Positions 48,026 to 57,141 of a DNA stretch of 64,000 nucleotides are shown in pieces (within the stretch, counting starts at the first letter, position 1; each line of letters begins with the position of its first letter). Made by a program: the position numbers and the translations under genes. The stretch is taken from NCBI GenBank assembly GCA_963668675.2, contig CAXXMB010000002.1:3008001-3072000 (forward strand), read 5' to 3'. The DNA is from an uncultured Desulfatitalea sp. (GTDB lineage Bacteria; Desulfobacterota; Desulfobacteria; Desulfobacterales; Desulfosarcinaceae). A model generated the notes under the pieces. That model worked only from the letters and a program-made list of their open reading frames with translations, did not search any database and was not told the origin of the DNA.

Positions 48026-49660
48026 TTAGACCACATATTTGATGTTTAAACGATCAGCCGCGTGATAGTCGCTGATGCCTAGCGCATCGGACATGCCGAT
48101 GGGCAGGGCGGTCGAGCGTCCCAGCGGGGCCACGATCTTCTTCAGCTCCATGTCAAAGGCCAGAAAGGCATCCACCACCCGTTCGGCCACCATGTCCACA
48201 TCCAGACGGCGGTAAAGCCGCGGATCCTGGGAGGTGATGCCTTTGGGGCAGCGGCCGATGTTGCAGATGTTGCAGCGGTCGCCCTCGGAGCCGACGCAGC
48301 CGGCGGCCGCCTGCATGATATATTTGCCGATCTGCACGCCGCTGGCGCCCAGCATGATCAGCGCGGCTGCATTAGCAGCCAGGTTTCCGTTTTTTCCCAC
48401 CCCGCCGCCGGCAAACAGGGGGATCTCGTTCTGTTTGCCCAGCATGGCCAGGTTGAGATAGGCGTCGCGAATATTGGTGGCGATGGGGTGGCCCATGTGG
48501 TTCATCGAGACATTGTAGGCCGCACCGGTGCCTCCGTCTTCCCCGTCGATGGCCAACCCGGCGGCATAGGGGTTGCGGGTCAGATTGTTGAGCACCGCCA
48601 TGGCCGTAGATGAGCCGGAGATCTTGGGATAGACCGGCACCCGGAATCCCCAGGCCATGTACATGGACTGGGTCATTTTGGCCACCGCCTCTTCGATCGA
48701 GTACTTGGTCTGGTGGGTGGGCGGGCTCGGCAGGCTGATCCCGACCGGCACACCCCTAATGGCGGCGATCAATTTGTTGACCTTGTGCCACATGAGCAGT
48801 CCGCCGTCTCCCGGCTTGGCGCCCTGACCGTATTTGATCTCCACGGCGCAAGGATCTTCCACCATTTCGGGCAGGGCGTGGATGATTTCATCCCAGCCGA
48901 AGTAGCCGCTGGCGATCTGAAGGATCGTATATTTGAGAAAGCGGCTGCGCAGCAGACGCGGCGGGCATCCACCTTCGCCGGTGCACATGCGCACCGGCAT
49001 GCCCAACTCCTCGTTGAGATAGGCCACGCCCAGTTGGAGCCCCTCCCACATGTTAGGCGACAGGGCGCCGAACGACATGCTGCCGATGATCAACGGGTAG
49101 ATTTCACGCACCGGCGGAATCCAGCCATTCTCTCTGAAGAACTTGATATTCTCTTCGGGCGGCAGTACACGCCCGAGCAGGGTGCGAAGCTCAAACTCAT
49201 GCCGACCGGCGTCCAGGGCCGGGTCGGTGAGCATGGAGATGCGGATAAACTTGATCTGATCGAGCAGGCCGCCGGAAACGTTGCGCCGTCCGCCTCTGCT
49301 GCGGGGCTGGCCTCCGCGATTGACGTGGAAGCGCAACTTGTCGGCTTCATCCGAACGCATGGGGATGATGGCATCGTTGGGGCAGACCAGGTTGCACATG
49401 GCACAGCCCACACATCCATAAGCCGGGTCGGTTTTCTGGCGAATCCCGTGGTAGACCTTGTAGACATTGGATGGCGCCTGGTTCGGATCGATGGACGCAC
49501 TCAGGGCGCGCTGACGGAAAACGCCCAGTTCGATGGCGTTGACCGGGCAGACGGCGGTACATCGGCCGCACAGGGTGCATTTGTCTTTGTCCCACATGAT
49601 CTGCCAGGGCAGATCCTTGACACTTAGAGTGGAAGGGGTAACGGGTCGGTCTGGGAGCAT
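48026..49660 (-). CDS. Glutamate synthase FMN-binding subunit (GltB2-like) with N-terminal ferredoxin
   Basis: GSMSFGALS, TGEGG, QIASGYFG, EIKYGQGAKPGDGG and DGEDGGTGA, plus the Cys cluster C...CNICNIGRCPKGITSQ. Confidence 0.93.
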   Translation of the reverse strand: MLPDRPVTPSTLSVKDLPWQIMWDKDKCTLCGRCTAVCPVNAIELGVFRQRALSASIDPNQAPSNVYKVYHGIRQKTDPAYGCVGCAMCNLVCPNDAIIPMRSDEADKLRFHVNRGGQPRSRGGRRNVSGGLLDQIKFIRISMLTDPALDAGRHEFELRTLLGRVLPPEENIKFFRENGWIPPVREIYPLIIGSMSFGALSPNMWEGLQLGVAYLNEELGMPVRMCTGEGGCPPRLLRSRFLKYTILQIASGYFGWDEIIHALPEMVEDPCAVEIKYGQGAKPGDGGLLMWHKVNKLIAAIRGVPVGISLPSPPTHQTKYSIEEAVAKMTQSMYMAWGFRVPVYPKISGSSTAMAVLNNLTRNPYAAGLAIDGEDGGTGAAYNVSMNHMGHPIATNIRDAYLNLAMLGKQNEIPLFAGGGVGKNGNLAANAAALIMLGASGVQIGKYIMQAAAGCVGSEGDRCNICNIGRCPKGITSQDPRLYRRLDVDMVAERVVDAFLAFDMELKKIVAPLGRSTALPIGMSDALGISDYHAADRLNIKYVV

Positions 49661-50754
49661 ATGGCGATCTCCTGGCGGTCCGGACCGACAATGGTCGTGT
49701 CCAGGTGCATGGGTTGAAAGTCTTTGCTTTTGTCGCGGTCCGGTATGGCGGCATCCAGTCCGCAGATCTCCGAAGAAAAGGCATAGCAGCCGGGTTTGCC
49801 GCCCACCACGCCAGGGCGCAGCTTTTTACGGTCCTGAACCATAAACAGCGAGTGGTCGGGCAAACATCCGATGACGCAGTTGGGTCCGTCGATGGTCAAT
49901 TGGCGGCAGCTGTGTTTAAGCTGCTTGAGAAATGCGCCGTTGGGATGTTTGGCTAAATCTCCGTCCTGCAATGGCGTAATAATATGTTTGTACGTCTCCA
50001 GCCCAAGCCCGAGGTGTCTTACAGTGTAATGCAAAATGTGGGTGAACACCTCCGAGTCGGACTGGTAACCGGTATAGCCCAGCAAGTTCCGGGAGAGCAG
50101 GTATTCGCGAATGGGGACAAACGCGGTGTTCTCGCCGTTGGTCATGGTGGCATAGCCCTGGATAAAGAACGGGTGGCATGCGTAGAGATTGATGGCGTAG
50201 TTGGTGTTCTGGCGTCCCTGGGCCATCACCACGCGTGCGTAAAGCTCATGGCGATCGAAATTGAGGTGTCGGGCCACCTTCATCGGATCGCCAATCTCCT
50301 TGATCATAATCACATCCGGCCAGAAGGAGAATACGATCATGTCTTTCTTTTCCTCTCCCATGGTGCGCAGCTGCAGCCGGATGCTCACCAGGCGCTTTTC
50401 AAGCTCCTCCTGGGCAAGGGATTCCCACTCTTCCGGGTACTCATAGGCCCGGATCAGATAGACATCCCGTTTGGGGGTGCCAGGCAGTTCGACCTTGGGG
50501 ACCTTGATCGAAATTTTGTATTTGGTCATGAAACCCCGGTCCATCATAAAACGGTCCAGGCGTTTGATGCCGGCATCGGTGAAGATCCCTGATAGGATCG
50601 GGGCATCCTTCATCTCTTCGAACGGGCCGGACAGATCCCGTAAAAAGAGGCCGACTCCCGAGCCGTCATGCCCTTCGCGCATCACATCCATGGCCTCCAT
50701 GGCGATCATGGGTGATAAAGGGGTTTTACTTGTAATGGCGAATAAACGACACAT
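49624..50754 (-). CDS. Glutamate synthase glutamine amidotransferase subunit (GltB1-like)
   Basis: Ntn N-terminal MCRLF, GRQNTN, HPF, NGE and DRKKLRP. AAGGA SD before the ATG at 50754. Confidence 0.88.
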   Translation of the reverse strand: MCRLFAITSKTPLSPMIAMEAMDVMREGHDGSGVGLFLRDLSGPFEEMKDAPILSGIFTDAGIKRLDRFMMDRGFMTKYKISIKVPKVELPGTPKRDVYLIRAYEYPEEWESLAQEELEKRLVSIRLQLRTMGEEKKDMIVFSFWPDVIMIKEIGDPMKVARHLNFDRHELYARVVMAQGRQNTNYAINLYACHPFFIQGYATMTNGENTAFVPIREYLLSRNLLGYTGYQSDSEVFTHILHYTVRHLGLGLETYKHIITPLQDGDLAKHPNGAFLKQLKHSCRQLTIDGPNCVIGCLPDHSLFMVQDRKKLRPGVVGGKPGCYAFSSEICGLDAAIPDRDKSKDFQPMHLDTTIVGPDRQEIAICSQTDPLPLPL

Positions 50755-50903
50755 GGTGGTCCTTTCCTTTTCAACCGTCGATACGTTTCGCTCGCTGCAC
50801 CCGATGGGGTAATATCTGGTTTCGTTTGTTGCAGCACTGCGATGCGGAAACTTTTGCCAATAGCAAATAATAGTTATCGAAGTCCACAACAAATTGAAAA
50901 AGA

Positions 50904-50946
50904 AACATTTTTGTAGGGCAATTGGCTGAAAAACTACAAAAATGCT
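50904..50946. promoter_or_regulatory. Paired putative regulator sites upstream of the glutamate synthase operon
   Basis: AACATTTTTGTA (50904-50915) and TACAAAAATGCT (50935-50946), with starts 31 bp apart. Confidence 0.5.
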
Positions 50947-51404
50947 ATTTTTATCGTCTTTTCCAATCGCTATACCTCTCAAGGCGATCCGTCCAGCGGT
51001 TCGATGCCTCCAAAGATGTTTGATCCGTCAGCGGCCTCCAGGTGCTGGTTGCCATATTTCGATTGCAGGCCGATAGTGCCTTCGGGAGTCAATGACTTCC
51101 TTGATTCCGCGCCACAGAAACGACGATGGCCGATGCCTCTTTATGCCATTTCGGGATGAGCACGAAATTGTCGACCGTCCGTTCAATCCCTTGGCCAGAA
51201 TTTTGTTTTCTGGTATCAATAGAGGAAGCCTTCTGCGAGCATGAAAATCATTATTCATAAAACATGCCAAAGAGGTCAGCCAATCACAGCTTGAACGGTT
51301 TTTCTCTTCTAACCAGGGGCGTCCCAAGGCATTAATCCCGAGACCCTCGGGTGGCTCGACCGCCGGGCCGCTACCCTCTCCGTTGACATGAAAAGGACCT
51401 CTCC

Positions 51405-54368
51405 ATGTATTTCCTGCCCTCTGAATTGAAAACCGATGCAGCTTCAAGATGGCGTGCTCTCCTTGAGGCCATGGAGCGAGCCGGTCTCTTGCCGCCTCTG
51501 CTCGATAAGGCGGATGGGATCATTGAGCAGGCTTTGGTTTTCAGTGATTTTGCAACCCATCAGCTTATGCGCGATCCATCTCTGCTCGGAGAGCTAATTG
51601 CCAGCGGGGACCTGCATGTCGCGTATGGTCCCGAGGGTATGCGCGATCGACTGGATAACATATGGCAGGGGCAAGGCCATGTCTCTCCCTTTAAAATGGA
51701 TCTGTCCGAACTCTCCGGGGGAGTATCCCAAGAGACGCTCATGCAGCTGCTGCGATCCTTCCGGCAGCGGGAGATGGTGCGCATTTTTCTGCGCGACATT
51801 TGCGGCTGGTCCGATTTGGATCAGACGTTGGCCGACCTTTCTGCACTTGCCGATACCGCCATCGCCGCAGCCCTGGAAACGATTTACCGGCATGGGTGTC
51901 ACGCATGGGGGGCTCCACGGGACGCAGATGGGCAGCCGCTCCATCTGGTGGTGATTGGCCTGGGCAAGCTGGGTGCCAACGAGCTAAATTTTTCATCTGA
52001 TGTGGACCTGATGTTTGCTTACCCCTCCGAGGGGGAGACGGCGGGAGGCGAAAAGGGTGTCGAGACCAATGAAGCCTTTTTTACCCGCCTATGCCGGAGG
52101 TTGATCCAAGCCATCGGGGCCTCTACAGCCTACGGTTTTGTCTTCAGGGTGGACACGCGCCTGCGCCCCTATGGCGAGGCCGGGCCGCTGGCCATGAACT
52201 TTGACCGCTTGGAGGACTACTATCAGAATCAGGGGCGTGAGTGGGAGCGTTACGCCATGATCAAAGCCCGCGTGGTGGCCGGCGACCAGACGGCCGGCAG
52301 TCGTCTGCTCGATCGTCTTAAGCCCTTTGTCTTCAGGCGTTATCTGGATTATGGCGCCTTTGAGAGCTTACGCGATATGAAGGAGCGCATCGCCGCGGAG
52401 GTTCGCAGCAAGGGGCTTCTGGACAACATCAAGATGGGGCCGGGTGGGATTCGTGAAATCGAGTTCTTCGGGCAGATGTTTCAGCTGATCCGGGGCGGTG
52501 TCGAGCCATCATTACAAATTCGTCCGATTCGAAAGGTGTTGGCCGTACTGGTTGGTGAAAATTACATCCCTGAATCGGTCGGCCAAGTGATGGACCGCGC
52601 CTACCTCTTTTTTCGCAAGGTGGAGAACCGACTGCAGGAGTGGGAGGATCGGCAGGCCCACTCGCTTCCCACAGATGCCGCCGGGCGTTTGCGATTGGCG
52701 GCGGCCATGGGATTTGAAAACTGGGACAGTTTCAAGGCGGTGCTCGACGGCCATCGTTATCAGGTTCATCTGCATTTCAATGAGTTGCTGGCGCCGGTTG
52801 ATGACGGTGGCCCATCCGATCCCCAAAAAGAGGCGGCGGCTAAATTGGCCGCCCTGTGGCAGGGGGTGCTGGGTGAGGGGCAGGGCGAGGCGCTGCTCGA
52901 ACAGATTGGGTATCTCGATGCCGATGCCGCTCTTCAGCAAATCAACTCCTTGAGAAAGGATCGCGTTTTGCAGACATTGGGCCGGATCGGGCGCGAGCGG
53001 TTGAACCGTCTGGTGCCCTTGTTGCTGCTGGCTGCTGGAAAGGCTGAGCAGGCAGACGTTGTGCTGGGGCGGGTGTTCGAGCTGATCAGAAGCATCCAGC
53101 GGCGTACCTCATATCTGGCGCTTCTCATAGAGAATCCTGCGGTGATTACCCATTTGGTGGAGCTGGCCGGTGCAAGCCCGTGGATCGCCTCGTTTCTCAG
53201 CCGTCATCCTGTGCTGCTCGACGAGTTGCTTGATGTGAGGACCCTCTATCGGCCGCCACAAAGGGCAGAGATGGAAAACGACCTGCGGCAGCGACTGGCC
53301 GGTGTGGACGAGGATGACCTGGAGTACCAGATGGAGGTGCTGCGCGTTTTCAAACAGGTCAACGTTCTGCGTGTGGCGGCTTCGGACATCATGCATATTC
53401 TGCCGCTGATGAAGGTCAGTGATCACCTTTCGGACATTGCCGAGGTGGTGGTCTCCGAGGTGGTGCGCCTCTGTTTCGACCAGCTCGTGGCCAAGCATGG
53501 GCAACCGGTTTGCCGGATCGATCGGGGGCATTGCGAGCGCGGTTTCGCTGTTGTCGCCTATGGAAAGCTGGGGGGCTTGGAGTTGGGCTATGGGTCGGAT
53601 CTGGACCTGGTCTTTCTACATGCGGCCGAACCGGGGGAGACCAGGGGGCCGGGACGAAACATGGATAACTCCCAATTTTTCAGCCGACTGGGCCAGCGGG
53701 TTCTGCACATGTTTACCACTCATACCGGTGCGGGCATCCTGTATGAAGCCGATATGCGTCTCAGGCCCAGCGGTGATTCAGGTATGCTGGTCGGTCATGT
53801 CAACGGGTTTGCCGCCTACCAGAGAGAAGATGCCTGGACCTGGGAGCACCAGGCGCTGATCCGGGCCAGATTCATCTCGGGAGATCCGGCCGTGAGGTCG
53901 CTCTTCGATGCGATTCGCCTGGAGATCCTGACGCGTCCCAGGGATACGGAGTTGCTCAGGCAGGAGGTGGCCGGAATGAGGGAGCGACTGCGACAGGAGC
54001 ACCATGGAAAAGCGTTTGATGACTTCGATATCAAACAGGACCCTGGTGGTATCGTCGATATCGAGTTTCTGGTTCAGTATCTGGTGTTAAACAATGCCCA
54101 CCGCCACCCGGAAATCGTTCGCTGGACAGATAATGTCCGGCTGCTGCAGGCCCTGAACGAGGCCGGCATCCTTGATGACGAGACCGCTTTCCGATTGCGG
54201 CGCGCCTACCTTATTTACAGGGCCACGGCTCACCGGCTCAATTTGCGGCAGCAGCCGGCCCTGGTGGGCAACGACCGCTTTCAGCGTCCGCGCCGCTTTA
54301 TTATAGATGTATGGAACCGTTTTCTCTCTCCTCCCAAAATTGCTCTCCCGCCCATCACACCCGCTTAA
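51405..54368 (+). CDS. glnE: Glutamine synthetase adenylyltransferase / adenylyl-removing enzyme
   Basis: Two nucleotidyltransferase domains, GKLGANELNFSSDVDL and GKLGGLELGYGSDLDL, plus RLRP and WERYA/WEHQAL. Confidence 0.97.
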   Translation: MYFLPSELKTDAASRWRALLEAMERAGLLPPLLDKADGIIEQALVFSDFATHQLMRDPSLLGELIASGDLHVAYGPEGMRDRLDNIWQGQGHVSPFKMDLSELSGGVSQETLMQLLRSFRQREMVRIFLRDICGWSDLDQTLADLSALADTAIAAALETIYRHGCHAWGAPRDADGQPLHLVVIGLGKLGANELNFSSDVDLMFAYPSEGETAGGEKGVETNEAFFTRLCRRLIQAIGASTAYGFVFRVDTRLRPYGEAGPLAMNFDRLEDYYQNQGREWERYAMIKARVVAGDQTAGSRLLDRLKPFVFRRYLDYGAFESLRDMKERIAAEVRSKGLLDNIKMGPGGIREIEFFGQMFQLIRGGVEPSLQIRPIRKVLAVLVGENYIPESVGQVMDRAYLFFRKVENRLQEWEDRQAHSLPTDAAGRLRLAAAMGFENWDSFKAVLDGHRYQVHLHFNELLAPVDDGGPSDPQKEAAAKLAALWQGVLGEGQGEALLEQIGYLDADAALQQINSLRKDRVLQTLGRIGRERLNRLVPLLLLAAGKAEQADVVLGRVFELIRSIQRRTSYLALLIENPAVITHLVELAGASPWIASFLSRHPVLLDELLDVRTLYRPPQRAEMENDLRQRLAGVDEDDLEYQMEVLRVFKQVNVLRVAASDIMHILPLMKVSDHLSDIAEVVVSEVVRLCFDQLVAKHGQPVCRIDRGHCERGFAVVAYGKLGGLELGYGSDLDLVFLHAAEPGETRGPGRNMDNSQFFSRLGQRVLHMFTTHTGAGILYEADMRLRPSGDSGMLVGHVNGFAAYQREDAWTWEHQALIRARFISGDPAVRSLFDAIRLEILTRPRDTELLRQEVAGMRERLRQEHHGKAFDDFDIKQDPGGIVDIEFLVQYLVLNNAHRHPEIVRWTDNVRLLQALNEAGILDDETAFRLRRAYLIYRATAHRLNLRQQPALVGNDRFQRPRRFIIDVWNRFLSPPKIALPPITPA

Positions 54369-54405
54369 GCTAATGACATTGAGTTTGAAGTGGAAAGTGG
54401 GAAGT

Positions 54406-54533
54406 TTATTAAACCGGCAATTAAATAGGCCAACCTTTGTCATCCCGGACTTGATCCGGGATCCAGGAACGGTCTGGATTCCGGCCTGCGCCGGAACGAC
54501 GATTGCTAAGGTAATTAATTGCCGGGTTAATAA
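54406..54533. mobile_element. MITE-like element, 128 bp
   Basis: 22-bp terminal inverted repeats with 2 mismatches (TTATTAAACCGGCAATTAAATA / TAATTAATTGCCGGGTTAATAA), AGT duplicated on both sides, and internal REP-like palindromes. Confidence 0.75.
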
Positions 54534-54720
54534 AGTGAAGGTATGTTGGCGATCCTATAAGTTGTGTTGTTTCATAGGCCGCGTAGATGTGTTGTTGTCC
54601 CCGCCGGCGAACGTGTAAAGCTCTTCTCCAGCCACACCGGCTTTCAAAGCGGTCCCCCTCTTTTTCAGTTTCATAGATTCCCATCCCCTCCAGCAAATAG
54701 GCAGGGACGGTATTAAAAAC

Positions 54721-54762
54721 GACAAATATGTATGTATTTGTACTTATATAAACAAAATTGTC
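54721..54762. promoter_or_regulatory. Paired putative enhancer (UAS) sites
   Basis: GACAAATATGTA (54721-54732) and AACAAAATTGTC (54751-54762). Confidence 0.6.
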
Positions 54763-54825
54763 ATATTAAAAAAAATAGCGCATAAGCCAACAGAGTAAAT
54801 ATTTACAACTAATACGTATAGATAA

Positions 54826-55254
<429 letters not shown>

Positions 55255-55388
55255 TTCTAACGATTGGGCAGCGGGTTGCGGGGGGCCGTTCGGAGTATGG
55301 GCCGGGCCGGCAAGCAGCGATACAGACGATGCCTTCTATTTTCAAAGAATTTAAAATAACAGTGTTAATACCGAAAGGAGCAGGGCTG

Positions 55389-56795
55389 ATGAAATCAATG
55401 AGATTGATAGGGTTGGGATTGATATTCTTGTTTGGCGGTGTCGCCGGGGTATGGGCGGACGACCCAACGCCGTTAAGTAACAAGGAAGCCATCGATCTGG
55501 TCCAGACCCACGCCAACTATCTGTGGACCCTGGTGGCGGCGTGCCTGGTCTTTTTTATGCAGGCGGGATTTGCCATGGTTGAAACGGGTTTTACCCGGGC
55601 TAAGAATGCCATCAACATTATGATGAAAAACCTCATGGACTTCTCCATGGGCAGTCTGGCCTTCTGGGCCATCGGTTTTGGTCTGATGTTCGGTGCCTCC
55701 AAAACCGGATGGTTCGGCACTTCGGGATTCTTTTTCAGTGATTTTACGCCGGACGGTGATCCGTGGGTATTGGCCTTCTGGATGTTTCAGGTCGTTTTTG
55801 CTGCCACAGCCGCCACCATCGTTTCGGGGGCCATGGCCGAACGGACCAAATTCGTCGGTTATCTGCTCTACAGTGTGGTTGTCAGTGCGCTCATCTATCC
55901 GGTCTTCGGCAGTTGGGCCTGGGGCAGTTTGTTTAACGGCAGCGGCTGGCTTGAAGGACTCGGATTTATCGATTTTGCCGGCTCCACGGTGGTGCACTCC
56001 GTGGGTGGCTGGGCTGCTCTGGCCGGGGCCATTGTTCTGGGGCCGCGTTTGGGCAAATATGGAAAAGACGGCTCCATCAAACCGATCATGGGTCATAGCA
56101 TGACCTTGGCGGCCCTGGGGGTCTTTATTCTCTGGCTGGGTTGGTTCGGATTCAACCCCGGATCGACCACAACGGCCGATACCAGCATCGCCATGATTTT
56201 TGTCAACACCAACCTTGCAGCGGCTGCAGGTGCCGTGTTCGCCATGTTCACATCGTGGATCAAATTTGGAAAGCCGGAAGTGGGCATGAGCCTGAATGGT
56301 GCCTTGGCCGGCCTGGTGGGTATTACGGCCGGATGCGCCAATGTAATGCCTGGCAGTGCGATCATCATCGGCGCCGTCGCCGGCGTACTGGTGGTGCTCT
56401 CAGTGGTCTTTTTTGACCGGATCCGTATCGATGACCCGGTTGGCGCAGTGTCGGTTCACGGCATCAACGGCGCATGGGGAACCCTTGCCGCCGGAATTTT
56501 CAATATCGGCGGCACAAGCATGTCGATCATCGGGGTGCAGTTGCTGGGTATTGGCGCCTGCTTCGTGTGGACTTTTGGCACGGCATTCATCATGTTCAAG
56601 CTCATCGACAAAATTGTCGGTTTGCGTGTCTCCCCTGAAGAGGAGTTGGAGGGGTTGGATGTCACCGAGCACGGCGGCGTGGCCTATCCGGATTTTGGCG
56701 TGACCTCAACCCATGGAGGCTCAGCTACCATGTCCGGCGGTTCAATGGCATCTGCCGCTGCCATGATCGGAGCAAAGCCGGTGCGTCAGGAGTAG
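55389..56795 (+). CDS. amtB: Ammonium transporter 1
   Basis: FFMQAGFAMVE, DFAGSTVVH, WFGFNPGS and DDPVGAVSVHG. AAGGAG SD. Confidence 0.96.
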   Translation: MKSMRLIGLGLIFLFGGVAGVWADDPTPLSNKEAIDLVQTHANYLWTLVAACLVFFMQAGFAMVETGFTRAKNAINIMMKNLMDFSMGSLAFWAIGFGLMFGASKTGWFGTSGFFFSDFTPDGDPWVLAFWMFQVVFAATAATIVSGAMAERTKFVGYLLYSVVVSALIYPVFGSWAWGSLFNGSGWLEGLGFIDFAGSTVVHSVGGWAALAGAIVLGPRLGKYGKDGSIKPIMGHSMTLAALGVFILWLGWFGFNPGSTTTADTSIAMIFVNTNLAAAAGAVFAMFTSWIKFGKPEVGMSLNGALAGLVGITAGCANVMPGSAIIIGAVAGVLVVLSVVFFDRIRIDDPVGAVSVHGINGAWGTLAAGIFNIGGTSMSIIGVQLLGIGACFVWTFGTAFIMFKLIDKIVGLRVSPEEELEGLDVTEHGGVAYPDFGVTSTHGGSATMSGGSMASAAAMIGAKPVRQE

Positions 56796-56806
56796 CTTTC
56801 AAACAC

Positions 56807-56894
56807 AAGGAGGGTGTGCGGCTTTAGAGGCCGCTCCTCCTTATTATCAAGAGCCGAAAGGCGGCCACTTGGGCCGGCTTTCGGCTGATTTTTT
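56807..56894 (+). terminator. Tandem hairpins / terminator after amt1
   Basis: Hairpin 56807-56842 (AAGGAGG...CCTCCTT) and hairpin 56852-56886 (AGCCGAAAG...CTTTCGGCT), followed by a T-run. Confidence 0.65.
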
Positions 56895-56940
56895 GGGGAA
56901 TGTCGCAGGGCCAAGGGCGATGAGGCGTTGGCGACAATAT

Positions 56941-56984
56941 GACATAATTGTTGTTTTAAAGAAATGTTATTGTACAAAAATGTA
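56941..56984. promoter_or_regulatory. Paired putative enhancer (UAS) sites
   Basis: GACATAATTGTT (56941-56952) and TACAAAAATGTA (56973-56984). Confidence 0.6.
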
Positions 56985-57063
56985 AGTAGGGGTATATAAT
57001 TCGTATTCTCCTCAAATAATATAAAATACTGTATATATTTGATAATTTTCTTATCTGCTGCGC

Positions 57064-57079
57064 TGGCACACCTATTGCG
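57064..57079 (+). promoter_or_regulatory. Sigma-54 promoter of glnD-amt-PII-glnA
   Basis: TGGCACACCTATTGCG, a canonical -24/-12 match. Confidence 0.85.
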
Positions 57080-57141
57080 ATACAACCAGGTCATTCCTGC
57101 CGACACGCGCATACTGCCGTTCGGAAGATCCTAAGGAAAAT

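Noticed and set aside
50843..50860. Sigma-54-like TTGGCAAAAGTTTCCGCA upstream of the glutamate synthase operon
   Set aside because: The GG-to-GC spacing is 11 rather than the required 10.
51028..51447. 139-aa minus-strand ORF between glt and glnE
   Set aside because: It overlaps the glnE start, has no motif or SD, and has atypical composition.
54307..54696. ORFs 54307-54618 and 54421-54696
   Set aside because: They are read-throughs of the MITE/REP-like element.
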